A stretch of 64,000 nt of DNA, from contig DF237337.1 in the NCBI GenBank assembly GCA_000708835.1, forward strand, positions 1 through 64,000, read 5' to 3'. This DNA comes from Klebsormidium nitens (Eukaryota; Plantae; Klebsormidiophyceae). Below the pieces are notes generated by a model. That model ran no database searches, had not been told where the DNA came from, and saw only the letters and a list, made by a program, of their open reading frames with translations. The position numbers and the translations under genes are program-made. This document shows, in pieces, positions 44,228 to 56,323 of the stretch (position 1 is the stretch's first letter; each line of letters begins with the position of its first letter).

Positions 44228-47200
44228 CTACGCACTCAACGACCAGATCATGATAAGACCGTCGTCATCCGTCGAGATAAGCTTCCTGGCGTCCGGACTG
44301 AACTTGATGGACCGGACGGTGCCGCTGTGTCCGAAATTCTCGGCCAGGAATTGGCACGCGGGAAATTCCCACAGCCGAATTGCGTGGTCGGACCCAGCGG
44401 TAGCCAGGAGCGCCCCGCTGCAGAATCCAGACAACATTTTTATGACCCTTTTCTTATGAAACTTTTGCAAATGACGGAACAGTGCTGTAGGCGTTTCGAA
44501 GCGAAAGTGTACCTTCGTGATCAAGACTCCGCCTGAGAACATGCGGGATGACGTTAACTGCACGCTTTGACTGGATGCAGTGAGCACGAACCCCTCTGAT
44601 CCTCTTACCGTCGCAGCAGTATTCTACTTTTGAGTTCCGCAAGAAAGATCCTGGAGCCGCAAAAGGGTCTCAGGCACCGAGATCGATATAGATCGTCACG
44701 TTGGCAGCATGATTATTTTGTCACCTTTTTCGTTTGCCGCGTCGTTATCCATCTCGAGATGGCGAAACGTTCGTTACAGAAAAGATGTGACCAATCCAGA
44801 CACACGAGCCGCCTCTGAACATAGTCACCCCTACGCTGGGTCGGCAAGCCCTCCCCTCGTGACGTTGCACGGCGCCAGAGCTGACCTAGCATGACGTCAC
44901 TCTCTCACCTGGCGGAAAACGCAACGCAGGTCGGCTCCCCGGTGTGCGGCTCCGGGATGCGGTGCACCGGCTCCGACTGCCGCAGATCCCAAACCGTCAC
45001 GTGACGGTCCTGGCCGATGGTTACCACTTGGACCTGAAAAGGAAACGAAAAAGAAAAGAGAGAGTGAGTCGATCGATGAAGCGAGTAACGTATTGCACAG
45101 TGCACGAGGTAAATGACACGAAACTGTGAGACGCCGGATGCTTGCGACCAGAAGAACGACAAACACGGATAAGGTTGTTGTTTTTGTCCGCCTTGTTCCA
45201 TGTTGCCGAGTTACTTCGGGTGAGGTGGATTGCGGTGCTGGACATGGTCTCGTGAGGGACAAACTTATGTCTGCGGATCAGCATCGGCTCTTTGGTAAGC
45301 GACCAGTTCACACTCAAAGCAGAGGCACAATGGACGGGTCCAGATCTGTCGCTTCAATAACTCTCGTGTAACCTAAGAGCCGTGTGACCTAAGATAGGCA
45401 CCCGGGGGACGGGTGGGGTTGGTATGGTGGTTAGGGTGGGTTGGGGTGCGGAGCGGGTGTTTACATCGGTTAGGTTTTCAGTTTGAAGTGCCCGGGTAAC
45501 TTGTATCTTAGGTCACACGCCCGTAAGGTCACACAAGAGTTGCCGGTATAGATTGATCCGTCTCGTTCTGAGTAATGGAGGCAAAAGAAAGTGACCGGCA
45601 CTGTCTAATAAGAAACATTATACCGTCCGGGAAAAGCCAGCCAGGTTGGTTATCTGTTCTTCCCGCACCAGAAACTCACCTTATCAGGGTGCACGGCCAT
45701 CCCGTTGATCGCCCCCCCTTTGTGGATTAGGGTCTTGACGCTTCGCTCCGTTCTCAGGTCCCACAGCTGTAGGCTGTGGTCGCGACTGCAAGACAGCACC
45801 TGGGTTCCGCCGCTCATTTCTGCCAGACCGGTTATCCGCGCCTGCGGAAAAGGGACGGATCGGATCAGGCTAAACCGGGGTTCGGCGTGCGGAATACCGG
45901 ACGGGTCAGAGTGGCGAATACTAGCAGAAACGGACGCCGCACGGCTGACGACGGCGCACTTCTTGGGTTCCAGCACAACTGGGTTCTGTCGTAAATTGGA
46001 TATCGATAACCTGATATTCCAACGATCCTGAAACCTTTTATGCGTAGTAATGGAACAAACACTTCCAGAGTTCTCTCGGCGACACATCAACTTCAGTTGG
46101 ACATGCACTCGCAGTCTGCTCGACTTCCTACAATTCGTACGCGCTTCGTAGCAGACTTGGAGGCGCTCGATCATTGCGATCTGGCAGGAACGACTTGCCT
46201 CCGGGCACAACAGCTTGAACTCTTAGCCGCAGGTCTCACCACAATGAGGCTTCAGTACTTTCGGAATGATTGAGACCAATAAAGACTGAGCAACTGAGCC
46301 CGAAGTGTTTGTTGCATGTACCGTTGATATGAGTCCTGAAAGCGGATTTTGCTGTAGCTTCAGAAGCATGTTCACCGATACAACGGGACCGGAACTCTAG
46401 CGCATGACTTCCGTTGGATCCTTCTTCGCCAGGTTTTGCCGGACATTCTCGCACGAGTCTCCTCACCGTGTGCAGCTTCATATGCGCCTTCATCTGCCGC
46501 GTCCGTATATTCCACGTGCGTACCTCCCCGTGCTCTCCCCCGGTCACAATCAGTTCCTTTTCCGGCACCGAAATCAGCGCGGTAACGCCCCCGGGGTGCG
46601 CCTCAGGAATCGCCCATACTAGTTCTCCAGCTGTCGACATTTGGGGGTTTGGGATCAGCGAGGTTTGGGGGTTTGCATGGCACCGGATCTGGCCGTCGGC
46701 CCAGCCGCTGAAGCACGCGCCCGGCGCGAGCGCGACGCAGGTCGCGCCGCCGACGTTCTTGCAGGCACCCTGGAGGGGTTAAGAGCGGGGTTTATTGTTG
46801 CCCGAAAGAGACAAGATACGGCAGGGTCATGGAGGCCTTCTGAACGGTTGCTGATTGCAATCAGTGAACAGCTGCGAGAGAAGTTCCTTAACATTCTGAA
46901 ATGCTGGCGAGACATTCACGAGAGGTTGTAGCAAGGACTTGCGGCTAGTATCAAACGCGGCCGCCCCGCCCTCTATAATTCCAAAACTGATCGCAGAATC
47001 GTGCCATCCGATGGTGGATAATGTATTCTGCGGGAGTAGGTTATTAGTCATGTTCACAAACAAGTGCGCGACGACACCGATAGGGAAGCATACCGTGCCG
47101 TAAGACGAACCACGAATTCTAGAGCAGATCCCAGCCGTAAAGCTAAGCGCATCGCAAAGGCGCGACCGTTCTCTCATGTTGAAGATTGACTAAGGAAGCG

Positions 47201-50200
47201 AAGTACGTGGTCGCTACTCAAAGGTGGTCCCTCACCTTCGCTACGCTTGAGTAGGAGTCGAGGTCCCACAGTCGCACGGATCCGTCGCTTGAGCAACTGC
47301 AGAGCCGAACGGAGAGGCTGAATGTGAGAATTGATGTCGAGAACGCGTGCCTTTGACCGTAACAAGTCCGCTTCGAAGACTCACGAATTACCTGCTCTTT
47401 TCCATTTACTTCAAGGTAAAAATCTTCGTACCCGAAGCCTCATGTGAATTTGCCTAAAATGTCATCCCTTAAAGCCTTCATGTTGTGGATTGTCTAGAAT
47501 GTTATTCCTCAGATTAGCAAAACGTCCAGTCCAGCTTTGTTCAATTGAATCAATCAGTCTCCTTACACAGATATCTCTCTTCATCAGGCGGCAGCACTCA
47601 AAGCAGGGACAGGGGAAAACGTCAGCCGTACCTAGCAAACACGTCAGCCCTGTCCGGAAGGAACGCCGCCCCAGTCACACCCGCGGTGTGGTTCTCGCCA
47701 ATCATCGTTGCCTCTATCTCCGGACGAGTGACGGTGTGAATGTACCCCTCGGCAGTTCCCACCAGCATCAGCCCAGCTGACGTGTCAGTCGCTGAGAGGG
47801 AGGTGACGGAGCCGGCGAACGCCAGCTTGGGCGGGTTGCGGCGGGAAAGGGTCCCAATCTCCACATGGCCTGGAGCAAAAAGATCAAATATATTCAGTAA
47901 CAAAGTACGTATGTGCATTTCGCGAAGAAAGCCCGCTTACTTTGAATGCTTGGCGACTGCAAAGCCTCAGTGCAGCAAACTATCAGCCGCAGCTCTGACC
48001 ACATAAAAGGTTTCGGTGCCACGTCTTCTTCCGGCCTTGCAGATGGCAAGAAACCACCTTCGGTATAAGAATCAATTGTCAACCTGGACTTACTCTTCCG
48101 CGATCCTCGCAGTACCCCAACCCCACTTGCTCTTCTGAAAAGGATGAAGCAGCGAAAACCCTTTGAACCCCCTGTGTGGCTCCACGTTCCTCAGTTCCTC
48201 AAAAGGCGCCAGAGCAACGACTCGAGCTTACCTGAGCCTTTCCGCTGCAGCGTGTTCGCCGCCGTAGCCGCCGTCGAATCTGGTGCGGGTACGACAGTAA
48301 CTGTCCCGTCGCCTCCGCCTACCACGAACTCGGACCAGCGGCCGGCTGCGATGTTGTCCACTACCAGGAGCGTGTTCACACCGCGCGCGCACACGGGCTG
48401 GGTTGTGGACTGCAGCATAGATAGGTTAAAGTCGTGGTTAGAGTCACCGAGTTCCAGGTTGGGAGGACGATATCCCGCGTAGGGGCGCAGATAAAGACTT
48501 CGAAAGCAGGGCGAGCGGGTTGACAGCGAATGAGCACTGAGCTTGTATCGGGTGTTAGCGCTCGCGTGTTAGGAGGGCGCCCAATCGAATGTAGATTGCA
48601 ACTTTCTAGTTTGTCGGCTTATGGGTTATCACAGCAATCAGGAACCGAAAGTTTGTGGTCTGGAAATTAGAGGCAGGCAAAAGGCGATCCCAAAAAGAGA
48701 CCGGGGTTGGCAGGAATGCGATGAACCCAGGATTCGTTCGCAGCTTGTTGACGAGAACTTTTGCGTATCGTTCTCTCCTTGTCCCCAGGGAAGATGCACC
48801 TTGCTGCAACGCCTCTTTCTTATAAGAGCCCGAGCTTAACGAGTCGCTATCGTCGAAGTTTAGTGGAGAAAGACTGACTGGTGAAGTTGAGACATAAGAG
48901 AGGTCAAGGGTATAGATAGGACGTCAGCAGACGCTCACTTGCAACGTCAGCGTGGCGAGACTGAAGCTCGCCACGTCACCCGTGGTCGTCCCGGCGTGGA
49001 GCCATCTTGCGGCTTTAGCGGGCGCAAAAGCGAGCGACACATACTCTCGTACGACCGACCCCGTTGTGCACTTTGCGCTGGTCAAAGTGCCCCGGTTGGG
49101 GTCCAATATCCTGCACAATGGTTGGTTCCGTTTCTCATCCCATATCTTTCGATTGAAGTATAACTGCGTCGATCGGAGCTTTGCTTCCAGGCCGTTCCAA
49201 GAGAAGGTTCCTCGTTTTAAAGTACGATCCCGCACAGCTGTTTCTTGGCTCTTTAAATAACTGACTACTCTATATACCACAGCCGCACAAGTAAGTGCAA
49301 TACGGAAGCTCGCTTGGAACGTCACAAAACGTCTCCGTTCCTGCTTCACCTGAAGTGATACGAAGGCGCACGCGGCTGGCGAAACTTGCGGATCCAGCTT
49401 AATCCGTCCGTGAATGTCGACCAAGGTTTGAACTAGACCAGCTCTCGGTTATTTTTGACACAAGATTTCATCGATTGGAAAGGCACTTACCATGTTAGTA
49501 GAGTTTTGCCTCCAGCCGTGGCCAATCGGTAGCGCCCGGTGTGCCTGCCCTGGCCATCCTCTTCCAACCCGCCCCAAGCAAGGGCCACCGTCGAGACGGG
49601 GTTGGCGGGAACAGACGCCACCTGTCAGAGGAACAGACATGTCATTCCTGGTAGTAAGTTGCTAATTGCTAACGTGGCAGAAGCAAGGTCGGTAACCAGC
49701 TGCCTTCATCCAGGCTGGCCGAACTTTTGCAGGCTAGGAGAAAGTCAAGGAGGCTTTTGTCGGTAAGACTGCCCGATTGGATTGTTTTTCCAAGGCATCG
49801 TTCAGGGTCATGTTGGTGAGCTTTGATGTCGATAAAATCGTGCCAGCTTTACAGACAAAGTGTACACTAGCTAGTACGTGCCAGCGTGAAGAGGACCACC
49901 TCAACAAAGAGCTTGATACAAAGCGACTCACGATGCAGCCGCTGCTTGTATCCCAGACGATCATCTTCCTGTCTCTGTCGTTCCCAACACTTGCCAGCAG
50001 CTTTCCATCGGGGGAGAAGGCGACACACGCAACTCCGAAGTCGTGCTCTGAGAGGCGGAATGCAATCGAGCGCTTGGCGTAGTTCCAGATGAGGAGGTCG
50101 GCGTTCTTGCCGGTCTGGCCGGAGGCGAGGAGTTTGGCATTGGGAGAGAGGGCCAGGCAGGTTATTGGAGCATCGTGGCCATGTAAGAACGACTGCAAGG

Positions 50201-51355
50201 GAGACGGACATAAGCAATTCTGACTAAGGACTTAGGACTTAGAACCTTTCATTATTTTTTCCTGTGAGTGTGCCTGCAGTTAGAGCAGCCATTGGCTTCC
50301 CGTGTGGTAAATACGCTGACCTTAACTCTTTCTTGTCAGTGAAGGGGACAGGGTGCTCTCAGGAGATCAGTTTTGATCGGATCTGAAAGCTGATTAGGTC
50401 AACCGTAAGGATTTTTAATTTGACAGAAAGATGATAGATGGAAGAAGATGGACGATGATGGAAGACGATTTCATTCATGACGATTGAGCTTGTGATAAGT
50501 CTCATTGACTGGGGGCCTCACTCTCCCCTCAGCAACTATGCTTGCAGCTGGAGTCAGGCTCACATTAAGGTGTGGCCAGTGTAACGTACAGGTGACGTAC
50601 AAGAACTCTACAAAGCAATCTTTCATTTCCTTCTCGCAGGCCCCTCTATACCCTCTAGCTCATCAGTAATTCGAGCTGTTCTCCTGGACTAAGAACCGTA
50701 TGTGAAACCGGGTTATCTTTCAAACCAAGCCCGAGAGTGCACCTAGCTGCCCGGACAACCTTATCAGCAACTTGCTATGCTTGACCTTCAAGGACAAGCT
50801 GCATAGATCTTGGCATCCAGTCAGATCCCCGTAAAGGGAGCAGCAGAGAAGTTTGGGCACCTTTTCCCAGACTCTTCAACTAGAGGAGGGGGTAAGGTCA
50901 AGAAAGAGTCCATTGCTGCTCACCTGGTCGGTTGGATTGGTGGTGCTAGCGATGACGATGCAGGCTCCAACTGCATAAGTCATCTCCGCCCCGCTTGGGT
51001 GAAGCTGAAGACCGCTCCTTATTTGGCCACTGCATCAAACACTGAGCTGACACTTTAAAAGCAGGACATTCAGTTGCTTTGCCGGTCCAGCTCCAGCTCG
51101 ATTGAAATGCAGTTACATTCCAGTCGAAGCAAGCTCTTTGCAAAACACGAGCTTACTGCTTCCATTAGATTGGATCGGACAAGATTGCTGGGGCACTCAG
51201 ACAAGAAGTTTACTTTGACCAGCTCTACGTATGTGCTTCCACATAGCGTTCTAAAAGTGGGTTTCCTGGCTACATCGACCAGTGTCTGACCTGAAGCCGG
51301 TCGCATGTTCCAAGGAAAGGCCCCAGGACCCATCAGTCCTGCTGTCCGAACCCAT
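44228..51355 (-). CDS. CFAP52: WD40-repeat cilia/flagella-associated protein, CFAP52/WDR16-like, about 12 exons
   Basis: Exons about 51355-51291, 51029-50924, 50192-49932, 49621-49491, 49110-48939, 48409-48232, 47870-47631, 47297-47237, 46768-46468, 45843-45682, 45031-44909, 44417-44228. The N terminus LSLEHATGFSGQIRSGLQLHPSGAEMTYAVGACIV...QSFLHGH follows the CFAP52 pattern, as do AGTTTGD, SGWADGQIR...AHPGGVTAL and the terminal GHSGTVRSIKFSPD. Ortholog versus paralog is not resolved. Confidence 0.78.
45359..45541. mobile_element. MITE-like non-autonomous element in a CFAP52 intron
   Basis: Imperfect terminal inverted repeats of about 45-50 bp. The left arm aactctcgtgtaacctaagagccgtgtgacctaagata..acccggg matches the reverse complement of the right arm cccgggt..tatcttaggtcacacgcccgtaaggtcacacaagagtt. 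The G-rich interior is related to 14424-14494. No clean target-site duplication was seen. Confidence 0.65.
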
Positions 51356-52032
51356 TCTTTCCACACGTCCCAACAGATTGCCAAACCCTAATCTTTCAAC
51401 CGCCTGTCTATCGCCGCACTTTGAATTGAACGGTTCTTGGCCCTCTTCAATTGTTGCAATAGAAGCTGGGGAGCGAGGACACTGAATCTTCAATGAAGCA
51501 AATGATGGGTAATTTGAGTAGAGGGATCGAGACGACCGTCTCCCTGAACTGAAGTTCTGCGGAAGGAGGAGTGGACGTCCTTGCAGGGCATCGATCGCAA
51601 TTGGCGCTGGTGAGGAGGAAACTCGTGCCCCGAGAGTGCTGGGGGGATCTGAACAAGGCACTCGCTGCCCGGAAGGTAACTTCCGACCACTTCTCAATTA
51701 TTTCTCCCCTCGCAGAATCTCCCGGAGATATGGCCGCCCGGGGTTAAATTGACTCTACGCGCATCCAACCGGGTACTCAGAGCGTTGTTAGGGTTCTGAT
51801 GCTGACTGGACTCTGAGTCTTATCTTGCAATTGCACTGTGCAGCTGTCTTCCGAGTTTCAGGGCTTGGACAACCTCTTTCCACCTTTCCCTTTAAAGAGC
51901 AACATTTCTGGTTGCGGCGCCAAGCAGAGCAAGCGGAAAGGTCTCCTGGAGGCAGCTTCGACTCTCCTCTTCTCGTTCATTCAACCTTAGTGGGACCCTT
52001 AGTGTGAAAAGAGGCGTGAAAGCTGGCGGACG

Positions 52033-55000
52033 ATGAACGCCTCAGCGATCGACCCAGGCCGCGTCCTAGGCTACAAATTTGAGGAGGTGAGTGAAGGTGC
52101 CGAGAATGTACTTGAGAGCTTCACCTTTCATCGAGTGAGGAACTCTCTGCATTTAGGAGTTTGTGTATCTTGAGCGCCTCTCCAATGCTGCAATTTGGAG
52201 TGGAGAAATTTGGTGGTGTGGTTGAAGATTGCAGATTTCAGATTGGACTGAATGTGCAACTGAACGAGAACCATCAGAATGCTGATTACACTGTGTGGTT
52301 GATGCCTGCAGAGCAGCTTTGATTACTCAATAAGGTAAGTCCGGACAAAACTTACATTCACCAATCAAAACGTATGAAAATCAACCCACTGGATGCATGT
52401 ATCTTAGAAGCAACTCTGCGGACATCAGAGCCAAGGAGGTGTGAGCGTAAGGTCTCTTCCCCACCGGGTTGTACATATTGGTAACCTCGTTTAAGTTCTT
52501 GCACGACGGCAGCCCTTTTAACAAGTTGGCAATGTCGGATTACCTAGAGAATACTGCTTGCTGTTAAAGGAAGGATCAGGGATCTCAAAACGGTTCTAAC
52601 ATGGAACATGGGGGACTCGCAGAAGGACTCACTCTTCTCCGGTTTCTCTGACAGGGACGTCATTCTGTATGCACTGGGAATTGGGGCTGCAGCGTTAGAT
52701 CAGACAAACCCTGCCGAGCTTGCGTTTGTCTACGAAGGGGAGTCTGGGAGAAATTTACAGGTGTGTGACAGTGACGTCTAGTGAAGCTGGTGGTTCTCTT
52801 TCACAACCTCTTGCCTTTTGAATTGTAGGATGCAGTCTGGACTAGCTGTGGGTTCTAACCTGGGTCAAGCATCGTTTGCACACTAGAGTAGCTAGTTCAG
52901 TGCGTAATCAGCGAGGCCCCATGAGGCTTCCAGTTGAGATAGTAACCACTGCCTCAAAAGCTTTTTCAGTGATTGCTTATTACTGGTTTTCCTTGGCCAG
53001 GTGCTTCCAACCTTTGGCGTCCTCTTCCCGTCTTCACTGGTCTCAGAGCTTCTGAAGGTACCAGGCTTGCAGTAAGGAGACTGAAACTCTCGAGCACTTC
53101 TAGAGCAGAGACGTCAAGCCAGATGACTGCTTGCAACGCAGGAGGATGCAGCATGTTCCCTGACACTTTCCTTCATGTCTTCGTCCTGTTTACGAGTTGA
53201 AAGAGGATTGAAAGGGAAGGGATCAGGTGTATTAGTCACAAACACTTAAATCCGGAGTTCAAGCTTAACCAGGCGTAGCCAGTCGATAACACTCCACTCC
53301 GCTTATGCAGGTTTGATCCCAAGCTTCTTCTGCATGGCGAGCAGTACCTAGAGGTTCTACGACCCCTTTCGTCAGAAGGCCAGGTAAGCCTGGGCTGAAG
53401 ACCTTTGCAAGGTCAGTAATCTGTGTAAAACATTGTTGGGTTGGATGTCAGCCAATGGAAGCGCCAATTGCTTGGACTCAAATGTAGATGGTCTCGCCCT
53501 GTCGAATTGCTTCTGAACTGGTTGCATGTCCAGGCAGATCATTGTTGAAGGCTGAGTTGCTCATGGCCTTCGGTCTGATGCTTGCCTTTTCAGAACGAAG
53601 ATCGGAACTGGTTTCTTTTGCTGCAGATCAAGAACACGAGTTCCGTGACGGGCCTACATGACAAAGGTGGAAACTCACGGAAGCCAACATCCGATGTCTT
53701 CCAATGAATCTGATCAATTGCTCCTTGTACTGGAGTCTCTTCTTCCTCGTCCATTCCTGCCTTTGAGTTGCGAGTTGGTGTGAGGGAAGCAGACTTGCAG
53801 AAATCCGGAGTAATCCGTAGTAATCCGTAGTAATCCGTAGCATATGCCCCCCAATCGTGCATCATACCCGTCAAGATATTCAAAAGTGTTTTGCAGGCAA
53901 GGCGGCGATGATTGAGGTAGAGACCAGGAGTTGCGACGCCCAAACCGGGCAACTTGTCTGCATTAACAGGTGACGGTTGATTCCCGTGTCTTTTTGCGAT
54001 GCTACAATGTTTTTGGTATTGCCGCTCTCTGCTCTCTTCGCCAATTGGATTTGTCGTGAGCTTCTGGTGCCTACGGTGGATGGACGAACAGAGTTGAAAG
54101 TGATGATTCGTGACATCTATAACGCCGCTGACGCACCCTGTTGGCGCACTCGGCATGCAAGCAGAGTTGTGAAGCAAGCGTCTTTCTGTTTCTTGATGTT
54201 TCTCCATCCGTCTTCTTGATTGTGTCTTTAACGGAGTCCCGGTCGTCAGGATTCCGTTACGGTCGCTTCTCATCGTCTTACGACCGTCGACGGTTCACAG
54301 CAGTCGAATCTGCATGCTCCTTCTCGCACCTGTCGAAAGCATCTGCAGGAATTTGAAACGAAAATATGGTTGCAGATCTACCTGTGTTTTGCGGGGTGCT
54401 GGCGGCTTCAGCTCGCATACCACAAGCCCTTCAACATCTGGGCGTGACAGCAGCACCTCCGCAAAACCCGCTAGGAGTTCCGCTGCTTCAAAGAGCGGCA
54501 GAAAGCCAGACTTGAGCCGCACACCAGACTTTGTGCATGAGGAACGGACTGCGCCTGACCAGGTGAGTAACAATGATCGAAGCTGAGAAAAGTCAGCCGC
54601 ACCCGCATTTTTTTTAAACAAGGACATGAAGTCCGACGCATCGTTTCAGCGTTCGTACAATTGTCAGCCATTACGATCAGGCAGCTCCGTTTGCGTCGAT
54701 CTGCTTCCCTGAACTCGATGTCTCTAAACGAATCTCAACTGCTGTCCAGAGGGCCTACTGATGGAGAACCTCTGGGGAAAGCCGACCAACATGCAGATGC
54801 ACAGGAGTTTTCGAGAACCTTATCCTGATATGAGCGGATCGGCATTTAACTTCTTAGCGCCATGACAGCAATTCGACGGATATCATTTTCTAGTTGTCTT
54901 CTACTGCAGGCGCTTGTGTACCGCCTCTCCGGGGATCACAACCCCTTGCACGCCGACCCCGCGTTTGCGAAGGCTGCAGGGTACGTCTTTTCCGCTCCTG

Positions 55001-56323
55001 CGTCGTTCCTTTCGAGCTACGAAGAGAAAACTAAACACTATCTGCGTGGAGCTGGAGGGCGGAGTTGCTTGGTTGATGCTTGTTTTGGAATTGGTGGGAT
55101 TTTGCCTGGATTGGAAAGTTGCAAGGAAGAACGGAGATTCCTTCTGTGTGAATTGTTTTGACCAATTGACGTAATGGTGTTACCTGTCCTTGTGTTTGCG
55201 TAACTATGCAGTCTTCTCAACCGATTTTACAGTGACTGGTTTCATTTGAAGCCCCAGCCAAATCGTCATCGACCACTTTCAGGACAAGACAATCGGCTGA
55301 CATCCTCCAGATGTCATTTTGGACTTGATTTCGACATTGCAGAATTCATACCCGCTCTTATAGAAGGGAACGTTTTGCATAACCAGGAGTCGGATTAAGT
55401 CCCTGTCTTTCCGAACTGCTAAACGGTGCACACTTTCTTCGTGCAGCTTTCCCCGCCCCATTCTCCACGGCTTGTGCTCCCTGGGCTTCGCCGTCAGGGC
55501 CGTCCTGAAGAAGTGCTGCGGAGACGACGTGTCCCTCTTCAAGAGCGTCCAAGCACGCTTTCTTTTACACGTGTTTCCTGGGGAGACGCTTGTGACAGAA
55601 ATCTGGCAGACCCCGGGCTCTACTAGGTAAGCTTTTCTTGCAGATGTTTTTGAATTCGTTCGAAGTGATTCCGGAATATTCGGTTAAAGTAGCCTCGACA
55701 CGTAGCTGCAAGGATCGCACTTTTAAGAAATGTTGAAGGTGACCTTGAGAAACAAGCGTAAACAAGTAGAATCCCGCCTTCGCAGAAGCAAGCGGCTTCT
55801 GAGGCATCGTTCGCATCTGGGATCTTGTCGCCAAGGTTTCGATACATGCTCGAAGGTGGTAGATGAACTCAATCATGGGTACAGTTATTAGATGTTATTG
55901 CCGCATGGCAAAGTCGACGAAAAGAATATAGAAGCTACAACCAGCGGCCGAACCACCACTCTATTGTGTACGGTCGTAGACTAGCGGTCGATGTCATTCA
56001 GCTGTGATCTGACGTTCAATAGTGGGTAATGATATTGAATGTGAATTGATACAGAGCCTTCTGTCTTGGCACAAACACAGAGGAAAGGGATCAGGCTTGC
56101 AGGTGGACAGGCAATGAGCGGCCAAACATATGCTCCTTCTTTCGTGCTAGAGGGTCTGTTCCAAGTATCCGAGCAATCGAAACAGCGCGCTCCAGACAGG
56201 GCCTTCTCAACACTTTCCTCTTCTGGCCCTTGCAGTTTGACATTCAGAACGTCTGTCAAAGAGAGGCAGAAGCCGGTGCTTTCGGGAACAATCCGCCTGA
56301 ATCTGGCGCATTCTCGCATCTGA
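52033..56323 (+). CDS. ECH2: Peroxisomal 2-enoyl-CoA hydratase 2 (double hot-dog / MaoC), 11 exons
   Basis: Exons about 52033-52086, 52312-52334, 52655-52760, 53001-53071, 53311-53383, 53627-53666, 53897-53969, 54376-54562, 54911-54981, 55448-55626, 56237-56323. Motifs RDVILYALGIG, VLPTF, FDPKLLLHGEQYL, DKGKAA, LRGAGGF, hydratase-2 motif YRLSGDHNPLHADP, PILHGLCSLG, VFPGETL. C-terminal SRI is PTS1-like. Confidence 0.95.
53801..53840. repeat. 10-bp tandem repeat (TAATCCGTAG) x4 in an ECH2 intron
   Basis: aaatccggag taatccgtag taatccgtag taatccgtag. Confidence 0.9.

Noticed and set aside
55042-55059. Intronic ctgcgtggagctggaggg encoding LRGAGG, the same peptide as in ECH2 exon 8
   Set aside because: It is only six residues, flanks do not align, and it is not next to that exon. 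A chance match is plausible given the number of peptides in the gene.
19697-56323. Lipid gene cluster (btaB, DES1, ECH2)
   Set aside because: They belong to three unrelated pathways, are spread over 36 kb, and are separated by housekeeping genes.
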